DNA from: Tubiluchus corallicola
Lineage: Eukaryota; Animalia; Priapulida
Reading direction: 5' to 3'
DNA: 25,421 nt
Assembly (NCBI GenBank): GCA_030141605.1
Contig: JAQGDQ010001791.1
Span: 1-25,421, forward strand
Part shown: positions 11,777 through 22,901 of the stretch, piece by piece
Layout: every line of letters begins with the position of its first letter
Position numbering within the stretch: the stretch's first letter is position 1
Notes under the pieces: generated by a model
Seen by the model: the letters and a program-made list of their open reading frames with translations, nothing else
Databases searched by the model: none
What the model was told of the DNA's origin: nothing
Translations under genes and position numbers: made by a program

Positions 11777-12278
11777 GTAATTATACTAAAATGTTAATTT
11801 CAACACAGTTTTGTAACTTTTGTTACAAATTAAAATATTATTAATTTTTTGTACACTAAGCAAAGACTGCAAGGCCTACATCTGTCTTTGCCGATTTATA
11901 GCAGCTGTGATATTTTTCAATATTATTTAGAATTATTAGTTAAAATAAAAATTATTATATTCATATCTCATAAAAATTAATAAGCTTATTTACAAAAGAA
12001 GTTAAGAAAGCTGATTATAGAGAAAGTTTGCAAATGACCCGGCTCATGTAGTATTCTATTTCTGGAGAAATATTTTTCCTATTTAAAATGTTCTTATTCT
12101 GCATTTGCACAACACTTATACCTAAAGGCTACGCAACTGCTTATGGTGTAGTACCTTTTATGAAGTAAATGTACTTGTTTATTATGTCGCACTTATATAA
12201 AGCCGGAACATCTAACCTCTTACAGACGAGAAAATAAGAATTATTCAATCTGGCGTCCAGGGCTGCCTAGTTAGCCCA

Positions 12279-13070
12279 TTGACATTAAGGCCACCAGAAA
12301 CGGGTAATTGCGCAACAGACAACATGGCAAACATATTATTAACTCTTGATGAACTTAGACCTAGTTCGTCCACCTCAAGGGCCTCAACTCCTCTTACTGA
12401 TGAAGTTAGACCAAGTACATCCACCTCAAGGGCCTCAACTCCTCTTACTGATGAAGTTAGACCAAGTACGTCCAACTCAAGGGCCTCAACTCCTCTTACT
12501 GATGAACTTAGACCAAGTACGTCCAACTCAAGGGCCTCAACTCCTCTTACTGATGAACTTAGACCAAGTACGTCCAACTCAAGGGCCTCAACTCCTCTTA
12601 CTAATGTGACATTTGACAAGTGTGATTTTGAAATTGAATCAGTAGACCCATTACCAGGCGAATAATTTAGGCCACCTTGACAGTAATGGCAGAAATTATG
12701 TAGCTGGGTAGATAATATACGCATTAGATAAAAAACATATCCGTGGTTGTGATTTATGCTCTCTCCGGGATATACAAGACGAATCCAAGATACGTGAAAA
12801 TGAAAATTTATACATCTACGTCTGGCAGAAAACCAATTTAGAGCGACATTTAACCAATACTGTACTGTACAGAATGTGTCTCATGTTATTAAGAAAAAAA
12901 TAATGTCCAATGTCACATGTCAAAACATGAAACTCTGCAACAATAGTGTGCGCCACCTTGTGGAACGCTTCGTCAAAGTTTGTATCTACTACACCTTAAA
13001 ATTTATAAATCAAGAATTTAAAAGTAAGCCTCGAAAATCAAGGAAGTACCTTAAACTGTCAAATCATTAA
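12279..13070 (+). pseudogene. P-element/THAP9-like transposase C-terminal remnant with frameshifts and a stop
   Basis: Motifs in order: LRPPETGNCATD, a repeat-expanded S/T/acidic linker, a frameshift to NGRNYVAG*IIYALDKKHIRGCDLC (stop at 12709-12711 where YxAGY has Tyr; CxxC at 12748-12759), then a frameshift to LAENQFRATFNQ...LVERFVKVCIYYTLKFINQEFKSKPRKSRKYLKLSNH*. The catalytic RNase-H core is not seen. Family assigned by motif recognition, not by a search. Confidence 0.75.
12348..12602. repeat. 51-bp tandem repeat, 5 copies (mirror of 5910-6164)
   Basis: Encodes the DELRPSTSNSRASTPLT repeats in the transposase frame. Confidence 0.97.
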
Positions 13071-16000
13071 TTTTTTAATTGTTTCATCAGCTGTTGTTTT
13101 GCTTCTACAATCTTCTAATTTTCGACTAGATGGCCTTTTCATTTTTAAGTTACCCACCTGTTTAGTACTTACCTGACCAGTTTGAGGTGCAGCGAAATTT
13201 GATTACGTGAGAGAAATTGGTTATTTTTGTGGGTTTAAATAGACGAGACGTTTAGACAGTCGGCGACTCTTACTTTTAATAACATTAAATTGCTGGATGC
13301 ACGAGGTAGTGAAATAATAGACAACAATGGACAAAGAATTATTGTTGTGGAGAGACCCGAGAGCTCGGATTTTTTGCACAAGTCTAGCTTGTGACATGCT
13401 TTAAGTTACCTGGAGAAAGATGAAGAATGGATGATTTTTTGAAGTGGTCTGCGATTTGGACTTGCAGTAATCGCTGAACAAGATAAACAGGATTTGCTTT
13501 TCCTTATTACGCATAGGCACAAAATAGGTAAGAGGCTTATACTAATCATTAGTTAACGTGATCTCTCTTTCTCTCTCTCTCTCTCCCTTTCTCTGTGTCT
13601 CTTTCTCTCCCTCTCTCCATCCTTCTCTTTCTCTCTAAGAGAGGGAGGGAGAGAAAAATCAATGAAAAATGCATTACTTTTTTACATAGTAGGCAGCCCA
13701 TCACGCAGTCAGCTAGCCTCTTTCCTCAGGAAAAACAATAAAATTTTATTTACAAGAAAACTGAACAGGCATTTGCAAGTACATAATACAAACTTATTGC
13801 TACAATTTTTTTCCTTTTCATGAAATGTTTTCAGTTTTTTTAAACTAATAATTGCTTTTAATTGAGATATACTTCTTTTATAAAAAACGCAAAAGTGATT
13901 TTGGCTTATCAAAATTGCACGTATGCCAACACCGCTGGTGCACTTAATAATATTATTATTACAGTCAATGCGGCGCTCCAAATTTTTTACTGATTCGCCG
14001 TTTGATGCCGCCAGCATAGCCGCTAATCGCAAAAATGAAATACGTAACAACAGGCTAATTTCGTCACTTCCTCTTTATACACTTTGCTTATATTTTGGAC
14101 AATGTTGAAGTTTCATTGTTTAAACTGCTAAAAAAAGAATAGGTTGCAGCATACTAAGCTGTTCATTGCACAAACACTAATTGCATAACTAGTACGGAGT
14201 TGACGCACAGAACAAACCAAGGCTGCATCATGCAGTGATTAGAAATTGAAACACCCTATGTAAAAGAAGACTGCATATTTCTCAGGATTGTGATCATGTA
14301 CTAATATTTTAAGCTGTATTATTCACTGTATTCCAGAATTTTGTGACCGAAGCTGTATGACTGAATTTTCGTAGGTAAAATTAGGCTTTGCGGTAGACTT
14401 TATCAGCATTGAATATGCAATGGGTAAATATGTAATATGTAAACACCCTCTGCTGTTTCTGCCATGAGGGTGCCATTTCACCTAAGCTGTCTGTAAATCT
14501 AACTGTTTTTAGCCCGCACCCTCCAAGTTTGTTTTGCTTGTTTCACCTCTTCTCATAACCTCTAATAGCGTCACCAGTTAGCGAGTTGCAGCATGTATAC
14601 TAACCATGTGCACACCAAAACTTCTAGTATATCGTCAAAGACTTTTTAGAAGTATATTATCAAAGATTGGTGCTCCCGTGTTCTATGATTAACTCTAAAA
14701 CTTTGTTAGAAAATTAAAATAAATTAATTGGCTTTCTGGCGTACTATGTTTTCATGACCTTCTGACTACGTTTTCTGCGTGCGTCTGTTGTTTTAGATTG
14801 CTATCAACGCACCGATTCTCCATTGTAGAATCGTACTTGTGAGTTAGCACTTAGCAGACTCTGAGTAATTTGGCTCAGTCACCGCACAGGCATAGCTGCT
14901 CAAGAAATGCAAATTGAAACAACGGGTGCAGCAGATGAAGAGTGCGTCTACTGCTTGCCTACATTTTGTGAAAAGATTACGAATTTCTCTTGAAATAAGG
15001 TGTGCCTGACTGGCTGGACAGGCATTTTGTTCAATATAATTATTTAAGTAAGCTATATTTATGGATTATTTATTAAATAGCCAGTAAAACCTATAATGTA
15101 ATAGCTTTGTTTTGTTCAATTGTGTAATTACAGCTGTCATTGTTTTGCTGCTAGTCTACTCTGCCTAGGCTTGCCACCCCGCCATGAACCGAAGTCAGTA
15201 GTCAAAATGCTAACTAGGGAGCCTGTAAATTCCCCCGACTGGGCCCAGGACATACCCAGTGAACCAACGATTTTTTGTATTTTAGATATTTTTTGAAACC
15301 TTTTTCAGAAGCTAAAAATCAGGAAATTCAAATTGCAAAATAGTACAAATTCTTGCTTTTTTACTTTTACTTTTAGAGTCCAATAAGCCCTAAAAGTCTG
15401 AAAATTTTTCACGTTTTTATGTGCTTATTAAAATATGCTTAAAACACTTTTCAAGAGGTGCCATTACAAAGAAAAATTATCTGAAATGCAAAAAGACTTA
15501 ATCATTTAATGAAACTGCCGTCATCTCATCACGTGTAATTATCTCTTTAAATTTTTTGCCAAATTGGCAAGTGCAATCCTTAATATGTGTGTCAGACACA
15601 TAAAATATGTTCCGTATAAAATCTAACACCCAAGTTTTAAATAGATTTTGTTAGTTTTATCGTGAAGTTACTTGCAACTTTTATCCTTTCGACCTTTCAG
15701 AATATTGGCGTTTGTCAAATTAGTGTTTATGTAATACTTGTAATGTATACATTAATGTGTATTTAACGTGTGTTCATACTTCGAGGAGTATCATCAACTC
15801 TACACTACTATCTTCGACTTTATGCCTTTTAAATTTTGTTGTTTACTGCCATAATTTTTTTTAATGTATACAAATTTACTGTTACTTTCTTTAACAGAGA
15901 CTCAGCTGTCATTTTGGTTTTTTTGCGATAATAAAGAATTAAAGTAGCAGTTTACAACTAAAATACGGTAACGAAATAAATCACGAAGAATTAAAATAGC

Positions 16001-16464
16001 AGTTTACAACTAAACTACAGCAATGAAATGAGTCATTAAAATAGATCATACTACTCACCACTCAACACACAATGCCTATTTTAGTTAGAACCATAAACAG
16101 TAATGTCGAACTATTTTCTAAATTATAGTAAAAAATTTATTGACAGCTGATTTTAAATTGGCTTCATGAAGTCATTTCTCTTGATTTTTTTTGTTCTGCA
16201 CAATGTTTTTTACACAATTTGCAATGTTTCAATAGCAGCAAGTTGTGCTGCCGCTTTTTTTAACTTAAATTTCAATGTGATGGTGTGACTAAAATCAGGA
16301 AATTTCAGAATTTTTCAAAAATTCAACTGAACTACGAATCTACGGGCGAATTTCTGGAAACTCGGCGCCAAATCAGGAATGGTGGCAACCATAACTCTGC
16401 ATGATATTTATAATGTGCATTTGCGTAATTATAGCCCAATGCCAATAGGTAAATTTTAATTCTA

Positions 16465-16751
16465 CAGGGACGAGAATTTTCCGCGGATATGCGGCATTCC
16501 AGGGTTTTGGAAGACCAGTAGTGCCATTTTTGTAAATCGCGAAAATTCATTGAGAAAATTTTTATGGACCTAGTACATTATTTCACAAGTTGACCGCTAG
16601 TTGGCAGGCCGTCACTTTGTTTACATCACGTACATCAGTGTAACCACGTGTATATATCTATGCATAAAAATATAGAATCAAATGTGCGGAGTTATTTGAG
16701 TCAATTGCAGACAGTTTTTATATACCTTTGCATAGGAGTGGCCAGTACTTA
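16465..16751 (+). mobile_element. Truncated left end of the same hAT-like family as 22902-23188
   Basis: About 287-bp direct dispersed repeat starting CAGGGACGAGAATTTTCCG. It is clearly alignable to 22902-23188 with scattered substitutions, and similarity stops after GGCCAGTACTTA. Confidence 0.8.
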
Positions 16752-17146
16752 AGTGAGAATGGATTACAGAATAAATTATAGATAAACATTTTTGCATTAT
16801 CATATTTCGTTTTAGTAATACATTACAGTTCATTTGGTGCTTGAGAATGGATTACAGGAATAAATGATTCGGTACTCAACCAAATCGGTTTTCAAACACT
16901 TTTTAGGGACGAATTATGGTCAAAAACAGTGGTATAACTGTATCACATAACTATAGGCAGCTTTTGAGAATAAGATAATAATAATGAGAATTTTGAGAAC
17001 ACATTACTTGCAAAATAGAATAAAAAGTAACTAAGTATGATACACTTTGTGATAAAAATGTTGTGAATTGTGAAAAGAATTTTGTTATATTTTTAGGAAG
17101 AATAAATACTTCAGCCACCTGTGAGCAAGAGGAATAGGAATGGAAA

Positions 17147-17159
17147 ATGTCTCTTCCAG
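17147..17159 (+). CDS. ITSN1: Candidate first coding exon of intersectin (MSLP + 1 nt)
   Basis: AAAATG TCT CTT CCA G|GTAATG gives a phase-1 donor compatible with the phase-1 acceptor of the EH1 exon. Possible acceptor ACTTCAG at 17108-17114. Too short to confirm by homology. Confidence 0.4.
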
Positions 17160-17518
17160 GTAATGTAGCAGTTTTGCTTTTGCTTAAACCGTAGCAATTT
17201 ATTGCGGCCGTTACAGCTAGAATAAACCAGAATAACGTTAATAACATTTTAACTTTGCGAAATTTGCCATTTGTTAAACCAAAGTTTGCTTTGCTAGTCC
17301 ATGTAGAATGCCGTTTTGCTGTTTTTAGACTTAGAACAGCAACGGCAAATCGACAACAACCCCGTCGTCTTGGCAACCTTGTAGCCATTTGCAAGACAAT
17401 AATGCTGTGGCATGTGACGCGAACAGCAATAGCCACAATCTTTGCTAATGGCCTAAAAAATTTCCATTTGTGTTTAGTAATATTTATTAAAAGCAGTTTA
17501 GTCAAAGGTAGTTTTCTT

Positions 17519-18193
17519 CGGGAATGTTACCGAAACTGAAATTTATCAAACTTAGGAAACCGAATACCGAAATGAAAACCAAACGGAAATCATTTTTTTC
17601 AAAACCAACTGCCATCAAAGCTGAAAAGAAATTCTTAGATAAATAAAATACTTTGTTTTTACTTGTTTGCTTATATTTGCTTTGATACAAGCTTGATTGA
17701 ACTAGGCAAAAAATTCTAACCAAAAAAAGTAGAACAATGTTTATGGGTAAAGATCTTCAAACTTTAAAAAAATGACAAATTTTGTCTTATAAATATTTTG
17801 TTGACTGTATTTCGTAATTATAATTGGTTTTATTCAAATTACACTTTGATATTTCGGTTAATTGTGCCTGGAGACATTAAAACTTCGCAGTCATCAGCGC
17901 TAAAGATATGCCACATTGCCATAAAGAGTATGCTACAAATGCTATGAAAAGTTAAATAATCGATATTTATTCTTTATTTCAATTATTTTAACCAAAATTT
18001 TTCAACGATTTCTAACATATAGAAGAAAAAAGTTAAGCTGGGTAGATACTACTAAAACCTCGGAAAAATGCTACCAAAAATTACGGAGATTTTCTGCTAC
18101 GAAACTTGATAATTTTCGATGAAAAGGAAACCCAGCCGACAGTGCAATTATCGGCAAAGCGAAATGAAATTTTTCGTTTCCGTAAGATGCCTG
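17519..18193. mobile_element. Old hAT-like MITE (~675 bp)
   Basis: Degenerate TIRs: CGGGAATGTTACCGAAACTGAAA versus the right-end reverse complement CAGGCATCTTACGGAAACGAAAA (17/23). Flanks GTTTTCTT (17511-17518) and GTTTTTAT (18194-18201) match 6/8. Subterminal CGAAA/GGAAA motifs at both ends. Confidence 0.45.
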
Positions 18194-18290
18194 GTTTTTA
18201 TCGTTCTTTTGTTACTTAGATTACTTGGCAATTACCGTATATACTTATGTACAAGTCAGTCAGTCAGTCAGTCAGTTAGTTAGTTAGCTA

Positions 18291-18982
18291 CCGTATATAC
18301 TTAGGTACAAGTCGAATTTTTGGGAGGCAATTTTAAGGTGAAAATATTAGGTCGACTTGTACCTACGATATGTTTTTGTGATATGTCGCTAAAGAGTCGT
18401 CTACAATACAAATATGTAAAGTAATAATCCTTTATTATACGCTGGACCGAATGAACACTCATACTGTGATACTTCACATCAGAGAATGTTCCCATCTTGA
18501 CTTTACTTCACAAAATTAACAAATATTACTGTAATTTATTTTAATGTTTGTGAAATTAAGTTAAAATTTATATTTTACCCGTAAATAAACTTGCGAAGGA
18601 GCACTCGATCAGAACATGGAAATCGCCAATGTTGTGCAGGTGCTGCCACCTGTCGGTTTCCACGAGAAGCTTTACAGTGGCCTTGCATATGTGTTTTTAT
18701 TGGCAAAATATTGATTACCAGCATACACGCATATATAGAACGCAACTACGCAGAGGTATTAATTTTAGTAAATTATTTTTTCTACTCTGGAAGATCTAAA
18801 TAAGTTATGGTCTACTTGTACACAGGTAATATATAAAATGATGCAATTTTGGTCCTAAAATGCACATCGACTTGTACGTAACGTCGACTTGTACACAGGT
18901 AATATATAAAATCATGCAATTTTTGGTCTTAAAATGCACATGGACTTGTACATAAGGTCGACTTGTACACACGTATATACGG
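18291..18982. mobile_element. Tc1/mariner-pogo-type MITE (692 bp) with TA TSD
   Basis: 25-bp TIRs CCGTATATACTTAGGTACAAGTCGA and TCGACTTGTACACACGTATATACGG (22/25), flanked by TA at 18289-18290 and 18983-18984. Repeated internal TCGACTTGTAC motifs and an internal direct duplication at ~18814-18951. Confidence 0.85.
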
Positions 18983-19069
18983 TAATTTCATTATTCGAAG
19001 TGGCACTTTTGAGGCTCGCCTTGTATTTTGTTGGAACTGTAGTACTTATTGCAGGTGTTTCTCTTCCAG

Positions 19070-19162
19070 TGAGCCCAGACACCTGGAGAATTGCAGGAGA
19101 AGACAGAGCAAAACATGATCAGCAATTTCTATCACTGAAGCCCGTAAATGGCTTCATTTCAG
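19070..19162 (+). CDS. ITSN1: Intersectin exon: start of EH1
   Basis: TTTCTCTTCCAG acceptor (alternative in-frame acceptor giving a start at 19055) and TCAG|GTATAC donor, phase 1/1. [30 protein letters not shown](G) closely matches the intersectin EH1 signature [19 protein letters not shown]. Confidence 0.93.
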
Positions 19163-20084
19163 GTATACGTGTTACTTCAGTAATAGAGAGTCTGTGTAAG
19201 AATTTCCTCTTATATACGAAGATATATTTTCTTCAACAAAGAAAAAGCTAAAGCATCAGAAAGAATTAGCTTGAGAATTTTCCTTCTGTTTTTGTGTTTA
19301 ACTGAAACTTCTAGCAGTATGCTGTAATTGAGTTTTAAGCAATGTTGTTTGTTTGCATTTATTTTGCCCAAACAAGTCCTCCAGCATCTTGAATAGAACA
19401 GCAACACACTAGGCTAAAATGCTGTGTCAACTCTTTGGCGTTATACGTTAGGCTGGCCCCAAAAAATCTATTTCTTTCTTATCTCATGAGCTCAAAAGAC
19501 GTCAGTAGAGGAGGAATTTTTTTTGAATCTTTGTGAATGTTTAAAGCTGAATCGTGGAGTATTTAAAATCAATTGAAATCAAAGTTCGTTTATTTCCCAT
19601 TGGTGAGCAATAATGTTTTAAATTTTTTCAATGCACGTTTTTTCACTCTAGTTTTGCATTACTAAATTATTGTATAATTATTGGTTATTGTATGGTCTCT
19701 TTTTTGTGTCATGAAATTATGTATGTTCTGATAATTATGGTATAAGCGGCAACACTACTCTACCATTAATGCACCGATTTGGCGGAAAATTTGATATAAA
19801 ACAGCAACCCTGATTGAGATTTAGCCATGGAAAAACATGGCTGCGTTCTGCATAACCCGAAAGAACGATGTTATAATAATTATTGCGTTTTACGATTAAA
19901 AAATGCGCTTTTATATAACTGTGTCTAGTGAGTATATGAACTTCCAAAAAAAATAAAAAAATTCCCGGTCGGTGCGCAATTAAAAATATATTATCCGGGT
20001 GATTAAACGGAAACAGAAGTATTTTTGTTGGCCTTACAATGCCGTACAGGTGCTGACTAATAATTGCCTTATATTGTAATTTAG

Positions 20085-20148
20085 GTGATCAAGCCCGGGG
20101 TCTGTTTCTACAGTCAAATTTACCACAGCCTGTTCTCAAGCATATATG
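20085..20148 (+). CDS. ITSN1: Intersectin exon: middle of EH1 (64 nt)
   Basis: Branch-point-like CTGACTAAT at ~20053, ATTTAG acceptor, TG|GTAAGT donor, phase 1/2. Translates (G)DQARGLFLQSNLPQPVLKHI(W). Not in the ORF track. Confidence 0.93.
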
Positions 20149-20283
20149 GTAAGTCTTCTGGTTTAGTACTTTGAGAATGTGCAAACTACGCCAAGGCATT
20201 TATTAGTCAGTCGAGAAGCAAAACTTGTGTAATAGTTGCACTGTTTAAGTTTTTAAAACCGAATATTGCAATATGAACAGAGG

Positions 20284-21004
20284 CTGAAGCTGTGCGAGTC
20301 AGTTGCTACTACATCAGCTGACTCACAGTAAATCAGCTAGCTCGACTGAAGCTGAGTCAGTTGCTACTACATCAGCTGACTCGCACAGTAAATCAGCTAG
20401 CTCGACTAAAGCTGAGTCAGTTGCTACTACATCAGCTGACTCGCACAGTAAATCAGCTAGCTCGACTGAAGCTGAGTCAGTTGCTACTACATCAGCTGAC
20501 TCGCATAGTAAATCAGCTAGCTCAGCTGAAGTTGAGTCAGTTGCTACTACACCAGCTGACTCACGCAGTAAATCAGCTAGCTTGGCTGAAGCTGAGTCAG
20601 TTGCTACTACACCAACTGACTCGCACAGTAAATCAGTTAGCTCGGCTGAAGCTGAGTCAGTTGCTACTACACCAACTGACTCACACAGTAAATCAGCTAG
20701 CTTGGCTGAAGCTGAGTCAGTTGCTACTGCATCAGCTGACTCAAACAGTAAATCAGCTAGCTCGGTTGAAGCTGAATCAGTTGCTACTACATCAGCTGAC
20801 TCGCACAGTAAATCAGCTTGCTCGGCTGAAGCTGAGTCAGTTGATACTACATCAGCTGACTCACACAGTAAATCAGCTAGCTCGACTAAAGCTGAGTCAG
20901 TTGCTACTACATCAGCTGACTCGCACAGTAAATCAGCTAGCTCGGCTGAAGCTGAGTCAGTTGCTACTACATCAAATGACTCACTGAGTAAATCAGCTAG
21001 CTCG
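20284..21004. repeat. 60-bp intronic minisatellite, 12 copies, internally palindromic unit
   Basis: Unit CTCGGCTGAAGCTGAGTCAGTTGCTACTACATCAGCTGACTCGCACAGTAAATCAGCTAG. It explains ORFs 20303, 20323 and 20361 and lies between two ITSN exons that splice in frame without it. Confidence 0.97.
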
Positions 21005-21556
21005 AATTCCATCACTGATATATATATATATATTAATTCTTTATTTGTCATTAAAATGGTTCACTCATTATAATAAAATTGAGTAAGCCTCAGCGTAATG
21101 TTAAGATAACAACACTGTTCAAGACAAATGCGTCCAGTGCATACTAAAAAAACTAAAGTGCAAAACTAAGGCCTAATTATATACAATAAATGAACATATT
21201 TACAAACACCATATTAAAACATTTTTACAAAACAACATTACAAAAGTTCATTAAATTTTACATGACATATTTTACACTATATATACATTTGACATGACAC
21301 AATTAACAGAAACATGCTTTACATTAGATAAATTTCACTCATTACATTTACACTATTTATACATTTGACATTACAAAACCATTGAGTGGCTGGCGGGACT
21401 AAAGCTGAATTTCTTATCGACTCGGTCGACTGTAGAAATAAACCGGACGGAGCTGAGCTGAACAGGCGTGACTCTGGCCTCTAGTTATAGGATTTACTAA
21501 AACATTGTTTTACTAAAACCGCTAAGAAGAGATTCAAGATTTTCTTATTTTTTAAG

Positions 21557-21816
21557 GGACCTTGCCGATATGAACAAGGACGGCAAGATGGACAAGCAGG
21601 AGTTCTCCATCGCCATGCACCTGATTAAGAGGAAGTTACAGGGTCACGAGCTCCCAACAGCGCTTCCTGCATCCATGAAATTGCAACCCACCCCGCCTGC
21701 CATGTTCAACCCTATGGCTTCAGCGGGCGTTCCGTCGGCGACTATGCCAGCCATGCCGCGATCGAGCGTTTCCGGGATGCTGCCGATGGGAGCGTCAACT
21801 CTGCCTATGAATATTG
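21557..21816 (+). CDS. ITSN1: Intersectin exon: EF-hand end of EH1 plus Pro/Met-rich linker
   Basis: T-rich acceptor TTTTTTAAG and G|GTAAGC donor, phase 2/1. Translates (W)[41 protein letters not shown]..., with the canonical EF loop [12 protein letters not shown] and EH motif EFSIAMHLI. Confidence 0.95.
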
Positions 21817-21829
21817 GTAAGCAAGAAAC

Positions 21830-21908
21830 TTAACCCTTTCACTACGGAAGGCAGCACACTGCTGCCTGTGTTTTTCCTGCAATGGACGGAAGGCAGTAGA
21901 CTGCCGCC
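21830..21908 (+). mobile_element. Possible piggyBac-like terminus (truncated)
   Basis: TTAA|CCCTTTCACTACGGAA with ACGGAAGGCAG repeated at 21844 and 21886. No independent partner end was found; the copy at ~24570-24587 is only the mirror duplication. Confidence 0.3.
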
Positions 21909-22244
21909 CAAGGTCAGTCCTAAGCGCAGTCACCCAGGTCTGTTTATTTTCCTGCTATGGCTATGCACAAACATTGTAGAAAAGTTTAACACCCGTGGGA
22001 TTGTTGTTGCTTGGCAACAAGTAATGCTAACTGGCCAATCAGTGTCTGAAGCCAGGTGCATTCCATAATACTGTACTGTATGGTATGTTCCCACACAAAA
22101 TCACTTGTAGATCGTTGACGAAACGTATGTTTAGTTGATTGTTCTGGATACTTATAAAATGATTGCATATTAAGGATTAGTATTGTGTCTTTTGTGAAAA
22201 CTGTTTTCTAAGTATAAGTACATGCTTATTTATGAGGGTGTGAC

Positions 22245-22424
<180 letters not shown>

Positions 22425-22469
22425 CTGTGTATCTCCACGACCACCTCTTCACTTTCTTCTCCCTTTTAG

Positions 22470-22650
22470 GTACCACATTTCCGGCAGCACAAACGATACC
22501 CATGGGCATTCCTGGTGGCGCTAGCTTTGGACAGCCAACATTTGGCCCCGTGCCAGGAGTTGGTCCTATGGCGCCAATGGCTGCACCTTCTGTGCCCGCC
22601 GGTATGGGTATGCCTGCGTTTGGTAGTCCGCAACACATGGGATCACCTTC
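22470..22650 (+). CDS. ITSN1: Intersectin exon: Pro/Gly/Met-rich EH1-EH2 linker
   Basis: Strong pyrimidine tract CTTTCTTCTCCCTTTTAG and TC|GTAAGT donor, phase 1/2, in frame with the previous exon. Translates (G)TTFPAAQTIPMGIPGGASFGQPTFGPVPGVGPMAPMAAPSVPAGMGMPAFGSPQHMGSP(S). Confidence 0.88.
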
Positions 22651-22901
22651 GTAAGTTGTCGTCATTTTCCGCTCAACATTTTTTTTAACTTTCAAATTCC
22701 TGTGGCAGGATTGGTAGCTTAATTCTTCATGCATTTATAACAAATTTTAAGAATAGCTTATGAATGGAAACAGTGGACTTTTTTTCAATCCAATACAGTT
22801 AGTCTGCTGTACTATTCTCATTTCCAAGATATGGTACTGAACACTCCTTTCACGCTAAATGTAAGTTTCTGTTGAAGCCAAGTTATGCATCTGGCCTGTA
22901 T

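Larger units (their letters stand above)
11527..14086 (+). mobile_element. Internally deleted P-superfamily DNA transposon (2560 bp)
   Basis: TIRs CAAAGAATATAAA (11527-11539) and TTTATACACTTTG (14074-14086), 11/13 match. 7-bp direct flank CTTATAT at 11520-11526 and 14087-14093. It contains a THAP start and P-transposase C-terminal motifs in the expected order. CA...TG termini with 7-8-bp TSDs are typical of the P superfamily. Confidence 0.82.
11439..15514. repeat. Right arm of the ~4.08-kb inverted duplication (partner 2998-7073)
   Basis: Same pairing as the left arm (constant coordinate sum 18512). This copy continues into unique sequence after 15514. Confidence 0.98.

Noticed and set aside
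16951-17723. ORFs of 184, 94 and 73 aa
   Set aside because: No recognisable motifs, and they overlap on both strands in AT-rich intronic/MITE sequence.
19448-20036. Possible MITE with AGGC...AAAAAT termini
   Set aside because: The terminal match is too weak and no TSD can be identified.
20303-21073. Ser/Ala/Thr-rich mucin- or adhesin-like 256-aa ORF and overlapping ORFs
   Set aside because: Produced by a 60-bp array open in three frames. It sits in an intron between exons that join in frame as ...KHI-W-DLAD..., and I found no convincing splice sites.
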